Part shown: positions 54,487 to 64,000 of the stretch, piece after piece
How positions within the stretch are numbered: position 1 is the first letter of the stretch
How the letters are laid out: each line of letters opens with the position of its first letter
From: Octopus vulgaris
Taxonomy: Eukaryota
Assembly (NCBI GenBank): GCA_951406725.2
Contig: OX597819.1
Coordinates: 100,192,001-100,256,000 of the forward strand
Reading direction: 5' to 3'
Length of the DNA: 64,000 nt
Notes under the pieces: generated by a model
Databases searched by the model: none
What the model saw: only the letters and a program-made list of their open reading frames with translations
What the model was told of the DNA's origin: nothing
Position numbers and translations under genes: made by a program

Positions 54487-54635
54487 CAACATCAACAAAT
54501 ACCTTAAGAATGAGAAACCAGGTTCGAAACTTCTCTACGACATTTGATGAAGACTGGAGGGTATATCAGCCGAAACATTGTGTTAACAAACAAGATGAGG
54601 GCAAATATCCGTCAATTGTAAATAATGCAAATAAC
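54125..54635. mobile_element. Head-to-head pair of tRNA-headed elements, each tRNA-like head + (AAT)n + minimal hammerhead + tail
   Basis: Right arm: ggtgtagtggttaagagcgcgggctactaaacccaagattccgagtttgattc. Left arm (minus): gggcatatggcatagtg..attccgagttcgattcc. Arms are reverse complements through caagatgagg.caa.tatc.gtcaattgtaa. Confidence 0.85.
54199..54244 (-). ncRNA. Minimal type I hammerhead
   Basis: Minus strand: GACAC-CTGATGA-aa GCTG gagggtgtat CAGC c-GAAA-C/G-TT-GTGTT; degenerate mirror copy at 54539-54584 (+). Confidence 0.8.
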
Positions 54636-55104
54636 GCGAAAAAGAGTAAGGAAAAATATGAAGTAGAGAGGAGTGAGAGGGATCGAGCCCAATAACGGAC
54701 TGTTAATTTATTAATCAATCGCGAAAAAGTTAGAAGTAAAGTAGACCAACGTGAAATTCGAACTCAAAACGCAGAGAACCAGAAGAAATCTATGCCACAC
54801 TCTAACGACTCTGCCAAAACGCTACCAAATTAATGCATTACCGATTACTAAAAAAATAATTGAATCGATTTAAAACTAGGACATCTGATAATAAATTTAT
54901 AATAAAACTAACTTTATTGATATATTTCAGGATTGTAATTTTTTTGCGAAATAAACTCACGCATTATATATTTGTTCTTCCCATCAGCTTTATTACTGTT
55001 TTTATTTCTGTATCCTTTGTCTAAATCTTTCTTCACTAATCCTGTGAGCTCTTCAGCAACTCTCCATCCCACGTGTATCCTCCTGTTCTGTTTAGACCAT
55101 TGGG

Positions 55105-55260
55105 CTGTTTGGTCATCGAAGAGGTCACAGAAAGTGTGACGAAACATTTAGACAAAGTACACTAAAATAAGAGCAATAATAATGCTGAAATAACGAACGA
55201 ATATATAGTGCGTGAGTTTATTTAGCAATAATTAAACAGACCTTACCGAAATATAACATT
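55105..55260 (+). mobile_element. HHR-bearing repeat family copy 2
   Basis: gtca-TCGAAGA-g GTCAC agaaagt GTGAC-GAAA; downstream aatatatagtgcgtg..gaccttaccgaaatataaca. Confidence 0.65.
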
Positions 55261-58139
55261 ATTTGTTTTTACAGAATCTTACCAAACAAAGGGCAAAGTA
55301 AGAACAGCCTTTATTCATTACTAAATTCACAGTTAATGCTTTACAAATTTAATCAACATTGAATTCTTAATTAAAGGAATTTCCAGCCAAAAAATTGTTC
55401 CGGAACGCAGACAAATGAAGAAAGCCATCCAGGAGATGAGCTAGACAAATGAAATCAGCTCAAGGTGGCTGTGGTATACAGGTTATTCCAGGTGGTACCT
55501 TCGTGCAGTTGAAGACAAGTTCAATCCTTACTGCCCCACTCAGGCTAAGCGTAAATGATAAATGGCGAAACGTTTGTGAGCCTGATATATCTACTTATGC
55601 TACGTAAGGTTTTCCGACATTGCGATAACTACTGTAATTTCTGCGTGGGGCAAAGCATCTCCAATGCTTATTTCACTTAAGATAGATATACTACAAGGGA
55701 ATCTGAACTCCGATGGTCTTTTAATTTGTTGAAACTTTAACAATATCCAGAATTTTTGCGATGACTTATTTCAAAATATGAAATAACGATGATATAATTC
55801 ATCTACAGAATTAGACGTTTCTAGAATCGCTTTAGTCATATCAAACCAATCAAATATGTACTCATATTTGGTGTTTCCCTATTTTATTTTTACTCAAAAT
55901 GAAAATAAATTTTATGCAATTAAGTGAAATTGACTATATTTGAATATTCAATTAACGAGTCCTTTTTACATCGATGTATCGCTAAACAGTTTGGTGCTTT
56001 GCCAAGTTATGTAATTACACATGTATTAAATAAAGTGCCTTTTAAAACGGGTTTATGCTTTTTATAACGAAGTATTTTTTTGCAATAACAAGGATTGTGG
56101 ACTGGCAGAATAGTTAGAATAGCGGACAAAATGCATAGCGCCATCTGTTTCGGTTCTTTTTGCTCTGATGTCATATCCTGCCGTGGTCAGCTTTGCTTTC
56201 TTACTTTCGCGGAAGATAAACTTAAGTATCGAGTCCTAGGGTCCACAACATTGACTAGCTTTCCATTTACTGAAACTGAGGTCCCTGTGTCTCTAATTAA
56301 GAAACAAGTATTGTCTACAATAGCATAAATCTTTAATAATTCCCATCTATGATTATAATACTATTGCTCTGTACTCCACTTCATTGACGGAGAATAGTTT
56401 AGGCTATCATTGTTCTCATATGAAATCCCACTGGTGGTTACTTAACATTTCCTCTTTCCTGAAGTAATAATGCCGATTCAGTGAACATACATACACCTTG
56501 CATAAATTTCTCTTATTTTGCCTCAGTAAGAAATCATTCTTATTATTGCCTTGAAGCAGCGATTGCCTCAAAGCAAGTGGTATACATAAATTTTGTGTCC
56601 TATAATAGAAGATATTCACAATTCTTAACATTGCCAGCAAGTGTCTGATATAACTTGCATTCATTTTAATTTTATACTTTTTATACTTTCTTCTAACATT
56701 TGTACCTGCCTGTAAATGACAGCATAGATTTTTCCAAGAATGCAAGTTAAAAAAAGTAACCATCCATTTTTTTTCTTCTGTATTTCTATCAAATTTGGTA
56801 AACACTTCTGTCTCTACAGCTTTCTTCTCATATTGCTTAAAATAGCTCCCTTACGCTATTTACCAGTTTCTTTTACAGAGTTCACCTCATTAATTTCACA
56901 CAGCATTCATTCTTTTCGAATTCTGTCTGATGTCTTAATTACCAAGACTTCATGTACACAGAACATAGCATCATCCTTTACCACTTTTCTCTCTCTATCT
57001 CTCTTCCTCTCCTTCTCTGTTAATCGCTCTCTCTCCCTTGCTCTCTCTCTTTCTGGTTAACTATCTTTCTTTTACTCTTTTCCCCCTCTTTCCTGCCAGC
57101 TCTGATACATTCTCCATATTTCATCGCAATGTAACCTGTCGCCCATTATTGTTTCCCTCTATGCATCTTTTATACAACTGACAATACAGGCCTCCATTTT
57201 TCTTAGTCAGCTATAACCTTTCCTAATTATATAACCTTTTTATCACTTACTTGTCAAGACATTCTCTCCGAGAATTCTCTTAATGATTCCGTCTAACATG
57301 CCGAGATCTGCCTTCTTCAAGTGAACCACATTCATCAGAGATTCTGCCACTGGAATTACTATAAAGTTTAGGAGCCAACTTCGTTGAATAACCTACAACA
57401 AATAGCAGTAAATCTTCCTGAAATAATATTCTACCGTCTTAAAAATTGTAGTAAGCCTTGAAATATAAAATACAGCATGAAAAACAAGATGGTCACGGAT
57501 GGGACGAATTTGATCAAATTTACTTCAAAAGAAGGCAGTACATTTCTAAAAACATTTCTAAATAACACTGAAAATTGCTTGGTTATTGCGAGAATGTCCT
57601 CGATGAATTAGATTAAGATTGATTTATATAATCTAATTTAAATATAGAATACTTTACCGGAATATAACATTCATTCCACTATTTAAATGGTAGATAATTA
57701 TTTTATCATCATAGGAAGGAGGAGTTGCTAAGTTAATCTCCATGAATGTGAACTCAGAACCAAAAAAGGTCGAAAGTAAATAAAATTTTGTTAACGATTC
57801 TGCTAAACCACAGCTTCATCGATTGGGTTTAATAAAAACGAACACCAGGATTATATAAGTAAATATAATAACGATTACAATAAATGAGTGAAAATGTAAG
57901 TATACAACATTATAGCTACAATATAAAGATAGTAATAACAAAAGTTATTATTATACTATAATTGCAATGCTAATTATAATAACTATGCACTTTATCCATC
58001 ATAGCGTTTCTTACATACTATCATTAGTATTCTATCCGGATTTCGCATCAACACCCTGCTAATAGTTTAGCATTGTAACATTTTAATGCAAGAAACTAGC
58101 ATCAGTCTCACCAAATTGAAAACAGTTTCATTATTAAAG

Positions 58140-58680
58140 ACAGTTATATTCCGCCGAGGTTGACTTTGCCCTTTATCTTCTCGGGGTCGATAAAATAAGT
58201 ACCAGTGAAACACTGAAGTTGATGTAATCAATTAGTCTCCTCCCACCAAAATAATTATCAGTTGACAACCGGGTTCGATGCAATCGACTTAATCCGTCAC
58301 CCAAGGCTACTGGTTTTCTGTCAAAATTTGAAATCATTATTAGAGGCGATTAAAGTAGCGAGCTGGCAAAATTGTTAGAGCGCCGAACAAAATACTTAGC
58401 GGCATTTCATCCGTCTTTATGTTTTGAGTTCAAAAGACTCAATATAATTGATAAAAGACTCAATATAGTTGATAAATTCCTCCACCTTTCAAATTTCAGG
58501 CTTTGTAGTCTATAGCAAGAAAAAAAAAAAGAAAGTCTTATAAGAGGCCACTGGCAGAAACACAAGACTGTCAGACAAAAATTACTGTACGTTCTGATTT
58601 GAAACTCAACTTGAGACACTTTGTATTCCTTCCTTCCGTGATCAATAAAACAAAGTACTAGTAAAGTACTACTACTAGGT
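58140..58680 (+). mobile_element. Cluster of degenerate family B SINE fragments
   Basis: ccgccgaggttgactttgcc, gcgagctggcaaaattgttagagcgccg. Confidence 0.75.
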
Positions 58681-59269
58681 CATTAATGACCCGCTCCGAC
58701 CCGACCCCCATCTATCTTCTTAAGGATTTGTAACGTTTAAACTTATTTCAACTTTTATTTACTTATGCTGTGTGGTACATTAAATAGATATTATTTAATT
58801 ATTGACGACCTGTCAAAAGCATAGATATGCAAATTAAGCTACCCACCACTGTGCTTATTTAATTGAAAACTGCTTTATATAACAGCTGGTCTGCGTTACT
58901 GTTTGGAAAAACAGGCTGGTGTACGCCTTCTCTCAGGAGCTTTTACTTGACAAATGGTTCAACAAGAGAATTACTACCGCTTTTTTTCATAATTGTTCGG
59001 CACATCAATAGAGTAAGAAAAATATGTTTACATTCTTATCTAACCAACAGCAAGACTTTGTCACATTTAAATTTATTTCACTTGTTATTTAACAGGCACT
59101 ATTTAATGAGTGTGTGTGTGTGTATGCATTTTTGGCTGAGGTATGTGTTTGCAGTTGTGTGTGATTGTGTAGCTGTCACTTCTAGATGAGTATAACCAAT
59201 CTGGTAGCATGTGCATGATTTCACTCATCCTTTTTAGTGGCCTGTATAGTCACAAGCAGGTGTACTGTA

Positions 59270-59615
59270 ACCCTCACGAGCCTTTCACCGTTTGACCAAA
59301 TAGTATACATAAAACTGACACTCCATAGGGTACGATGTCGAAGGTTCCAGTTGATCCCATCAACGAAAGGCAGCTTGTAAAATCAACGTGCAACTGGCTG
59401 AGCACTTCACAGATATGTGTACTCTTATCATAGTTCTCTGGGAGATTCAGCGTGACACAAAATGCAACAAGGCTGGCTCTTTGAAATACAATGTTTGGCA
59501 GCTGAGTGGACCAGATCAACGTGAGATAAAATGCCTTGCACAAGGACACAAGGCGTCGCCAGGAATTGAACTCACAACCTTACCACTGTCAGCCAAATAT
59601 CTTAACCTCTAAGCC
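59270..59615 (-). mobile_element. Probable tRNA-headed SINE of another family
   Basis: Minus-strand head gtggcttagaggttaaga...gtgagttcaattcctggc with A/B-box-like motifs. Confidence 0.65.
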
Positions 59616-59879
59616 ACGTAAAATTACACCCCCAACTACCTTAACTCTTTACCGCTTAAATAGGCCATATCAAGCCCAAATATTCTTGTTTTATGCTCAA
59701 ACTGCTCACATACGGTCTCCCACAGCTCCTGTACAATGTTATTCTAAAAATATATAATTACATCATCGAAATCTCAAAGCTAGAGGATGACGCATGATTA
59801 ATTCGAAACAATGTGAATAAAGCACACAGTGAGTTGCAGAATGGATTAAACAGAACGGGCGTAGACACGTGTGATGAAG

Positions 59880-60050
59880 CGTCGCTGAAGTGGTCACAGG
59901 ACGTGTGACGAAATTTTTCAGATTAAGGTCATTAAAATAAGCACAATAATAAACCTGAAAAGAAGAACGAATATATTGTGCGTGTGCTTATTTGCCAAAA
60001 AAAAAAAAAAAGGAAAGAGAAAAAAAGAAACGACCGTTCCGAAAATTATC
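59880..60050 (+). mobile_element. HHR-bearing repeat family copy 3
   Basis: CTGAAGT-g GTCAC aggacgt GTGAC-GAAA; downstream gaatatattgtgcgtgtg..gaccgttccgaaa. Confidence 0.62.
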
Positions 60051-60234
60051 ATTCCGAAAACAATAATGTGAATAAATATGTATTAAATTTAACACAGTAA
60101 TCTGAAAGTTAAAGGTTAAAAAGTAATAAGCAGCATCTCTTGTTCACAGGTATGCCTCGTTAACGATGAGCTGTGGTTGAACAGCAACACCAACAACAAA
60201 TTAATTTGCTTATGTAGCTATTTATTTGTTATTA

Positions 60235-60875
60235 TTGCCTACAAGGGGCTAAACATAGAGGAGACAAACAAGGACAGACAAACGGATTAAGTCGACCCCA
60301 GTGCGTAACTGGTACTTACTTAATCGAGCCCGAAAGGATGAAAGGCAAAGTCAACCTCGGCGGAATTTGAACTCAGAACGTAGAGACAAACGAAATACTG
60401 CTAAGCATTTCGCTGGGTGTGCTAACGATTCTGCCAGCTCGCCTTATATATAGTGTCTTGCTCAAGAACACAACACGCATCCCGGTCCGGGATTCGAACT
60501 CACAACCTCACGGTTGTAAGCTCTACGCTCTGACCACTGAGACATGCGACTACTACTCTTTACCCATTACTTGTTTGAGTCATTTGACTGTGGCCATGCT
60601 GGAGCACCGCCTTTTAGTCGAGCAAATCGACTAGTACTTATTCTATCAGTCTCTTTTGTCGAACCGCTAAGTTACGGGGACGTAAACACACGGGCATCGG
60701 TTGTCAAGTGATATGGGGGGACAAATACAGACACACACACACACATATGTATACGACGGGCTTCTTTCAGTATCTGTCTACCAAATCCACTCACAAGTCT
60801 TTGGTTGGCCCGAGGCTATAGTAGAAGACACTTGCCCAAGGTGGTTGGTAAGCAAGCTACTTGCCACACAGCCCT
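60235..60875 (-). mobile_element. Three adjacent SINEs (families B, C head, A)
   Basis: 60235-60445 family B; 60450-60550 family C head; 60555-60875 family A; all on the minus strand. Confidence 0.88.
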
Positions 60876-61264
60876 AAATAATTACTGGACCTGCTAGTAA
60901 TTGTAGGTCAATTACCCTCATATGAGACACCCTTGCGCTGTAAACGTTGCACAATGATGTCATTTCCAAGCATACAAAATATACCCGGTGATTACTTCTG
61001 GAAAGTTTTCGATCGTATAACTGTTGAACTAAGCAATTCTAACAATAACAATCACAGCACCACTACTAATATAGCAACAACAACAGCTACAACATAAACA
61101 GCGTGTTAGTCCAAACATTTTTTGGTCGTTTCGGAAAATGGAAACTTTTAGAAGGAAGCTGGTTTATTTTATATTCTAACAACCGCAACATGTACTACTA
61201 CTACTACTACTACTGCTGATGCTGCTGCTGCTGCTACTGCTGTTGTTGCTTCTACTATTATTAC

Positions 61265-61615
61265 TGAAGAGAAGAGGACGTGAAGAGGAGGACGAGAAGG
61301 GGAAGAGGAAGTGAAGGGGAAGAAGAAAGGAGGAGGAAGGGAAGAGGAAGACGAGAGGAAGAAAAGGGAGAGAGGAATAGGAGAGGAAGAGAAGGAGAGA
61401 GGAAGGTGAGAGGAGAAAGAGGGGACAGGAAGAGGTGAGGAAGAAGTGGGGACAGGAAGAGGAGGAGAGGAAAGGATGACGAGGAAAGAGGAAAGGAATG
61501 GGAGAGGAGGAAGAGGGAAAAAGGAGAAGAGGAAGAGGAGAAGAGGAAGCAGTGAAGGGGAAGAGGAGAAGAGGAAGCAGTGAGGAGGATGAAGAGGAAG
61601 AGGAAGTGGAGGAGT
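61265..61615. repeat. GA-rich polypurine low-complexity tract
   Basis: Directly visible. Confidence 0.9.
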
Positions 61616-62039
61616 ACTTTTATAAATGGGGCGACATTAAAGAACTGAACTGTTAATACGTTTAGCGGTATGAATATGAATAACTAAAGCACTTTAGAGT
61701 ACATAGCAAAGTACCAGTAAGCTACAAGGGAGGAAATTAATCGAACACAGTCGTTATTCTTAGTTAACAGAAATCAAAATTTAATTTCTCCTATTAAGTT
61801 CTTTTAAACAAATGAAAGCATTAATTTTCTTCACAGGTTTTAACTCATAGTAACAATTTTATGTTCTAAAGGTATTTCTAGATAGAATTATTTTCTTAAC
61901 TATTAAATTTATTGATTATAATAATCCTGTACTAACGTATTACATAACCGTTCTGTTTTTCATTTTTATTTTTAGGCATGTTAAAAGTTACATTATTCTG
62001 TAACGTTTGCCATCTCAGATAGGATTGAGAAACACTTGG

Positions 62040-62345
62040 AGAAATCTTACACGATAATTAATTCTCTAAAAGAAACAATAACGTATCTAATTATAAGCTG
62101 TCGATTCCAAATTGATCATCTTCTTTGTTACCGAGAATTGGAAATCCGTTGGGTATTGTTTCGACGATGCTTGGAGCTAACGTTATCCGTATTCTTCCAA
62201 GTATGAATTCATGGGAAACTTAATAAAATGTTGACAAAATTAAAGCTTTTAATTATCATGGTCCATTCAGATTGATCGATGACATATGTTGCATTAATGA
62301 TTTGGAAGAATTTAGGAGAGCATTCAACAAGATATATATACATTC
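62040..62345 (+). pseudogene. Penelope-like element reverse transcriptase relic (motifs 4-5)
   Basis: SLKETITYLII, RIGNPLG..GAN, SKYEFMGNLIK, KAFNYHGPFRLIDDICCINDLEEF..KIY (FRLIDD at 62266-62283) fit the PLE pattern IGIPMG..AN..FRFIDD.C.IND..EF..IYP. Confidence 0.75.
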
Positions 62346-62949
62346 ATTTATTTGAATTAACAACTTGTTCTGACAAAGCAGTCAGAACTCATTGCTCGAC
62401 TTTATACGAGGTGTGACTGATGAACTTTTAATAATCCGGGTAGCTTTATCTATTCCTACAATAATACATCTGAATAATTTGTTATAGAATCACACATATT
62501 TAATGTAATTATTGGCAGAAGATTTATTTCTCTTTCAGTAACGCGTTTCTCAAACACGATCATGAGGAAGTACAACTATTGGACTATGTGTGTTCATATG
62601 TATGTATTTATAGACATACATGAATGCATGCATACATATATAAATACACACAATGCACGCACAAACACCTACAATACGCACGTGCGCACTCACATACATA
62701 CACATCTACACAAACATGCATATAGGCATATGTGTGTAAATATATATGTATGTATATACATATATATATGTGTGCATATATATATATATATATATATACA
62801 TGCACATACATAATACACACATATATTTATAAAGACTATAAGGGGTTTCGTTCACTGGTGATCTAGACGAATAGAAATACTGAGTGCTATTATTGGCCAT
62901 CGGTTAAGTTCCAAATTCACAGGTGTAGTTAGGGAACCGTATTAGCAGG

Positions 62950-63110
62950 TATATATTAGAGGAAAAGGACAACACAAACCAAGGCAGGACAAGTATCTCA
63001 AGTCATTTATATTCAAGCCATTTCTAATAAAGTTTTTTCCTTAAAATATTGTAAATGACTTGAAATAACGCCCTGCCTTGGTTTTTGTTGTCCTTTTCCT
63101 TTAATATATA
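62950..63110. repeat. Short fold-back element, ~65-bp arms and ~30-bp spacer
   Basis: tatatattagaggaaaaggacaacacaaaccaaggcagg..tcaagtcattta is mirrored by taaatgacttga..cctgccttggtttttgttgtccttttcctttaatatata. Confidence 0.88.
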
Positions 63111-64000
63111 TGTGTTTGTGTTTGTATGTTTGTGCGTGTGTTTGCATGTGTGTATGTGTGTGTGTGTGTGTAACTCATAATAAAACCATAGTTGTAATAG
63201 TCGAAGTACTTTGCAGCTACCGTTATATCCACGTTTTGTTTTCAGTCTTATATAAAGTTCTTTTATTGTTACTTAGCTATACAAGAGATATAACCGAACA
63301 AAAAAAACAAAAAAAAAAAACAATCAGCAGCGTGCCATTATTTTAACTGTAAGCTATAGGTTGAAGAATATTTGAACTTTCTTATTAATAGACCTGGTGA
63401 CTGACTAGAAGCAATTTAGTTGTCTATTGCCCCTGCCGTGTGAGGGAGAAATCAGCGCAATACTGAAAGTAAATGCCTTTTAGCGTATAAATATTTGGTG
63501 TCGGATGAAAGAATCGCGAATTATTTTTCATGACGCAAAATTTCTGGAGAATTTGCATTAAAGTTTTATGGGAACATATATACATTGCTACGTTGACTAC
63601 ACATTAAAAATCGGGTGACGTGGAGATATACATAAATTTATTTTACTAACATCGTTTCCATAATTAACTATATTAAGGAATAATAGTTATTAATTTTCAG
63701 TCAGGCTATCGTGCAGGAGATATAGATTACACGTATTATAAAGCAGGCGTCTAGGATTAAATCTCCGTTCTCAAACAGCCAAGTTACCACTGTCCTTGAG
63801 AAAATCACGAATTTTGTGCCCTTCAATCTCCACCCAAACTCTCAGATTTCATCCTTATGAAACAATAAATATTTTGTTCAAGTATTTTTTTCTATTGCGT
63901 TTACTATTATCGTTGCTGTCTTCAATATTGTCGTTGTTATTTTTGATATTTTTATTGTTCTTATTGATATTACGATTTCATGACGAATTAGGCAGATTAA

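Noticed and set aside
55540-55590. tcaggct...GAAACGTT...agcctga HHR-like frame
   Set aside because: No CUGANGA core or stem II.
56416-57060. 129-aa and 106-aa ORFs, and a weak IPLVVT PLE-like trace
   Set aside because: No coherent domain; cannot be supported without an alignment.
62415-62450. CTGATGA motif
   Set aside because: No stem II or GAAA follows; chance heptamer.

Overview
AT-rich eukaryotic DNA dominated by microsatellites and transposable elements. The tRNA-derived SINEs and RTE LINEs look like those of octopus or another cephalopod (inference from repeat families, not a database match). I can support no host protein-coding exon; most ORFs in the track are microsatellite artefacts. 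Elements present: a 5'-truncated RTE LINE with a nearly complete ORF (7.8-10.7 kb), older RTE, CR1, Tx1-like and R4/Dong-like LINE fragments, Tc1/mariner relics, a non-autonomous Helitron, three SINE families, and several Penelope-like element (PLE) RT and GIY-YIG relics. The main unannotated signal is about 20 type I hammerhead ribozyme (HHR) motifs, intact or decayed, from about 10 unrelated sequence families. Many lie in short non-coding elements with a fold-back inverted arm and/or a tandem unit, often next to (TA)n tracts. Examples are tandem-HHR units of 434 and 483 nt, a ~200 bp element with a perfect 132-bp palindrome giving an HHR on both strands, and a head-to-head tRNA-headed SINE carrying an HHR. 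All folds were assigned by eye, and activity is untested.
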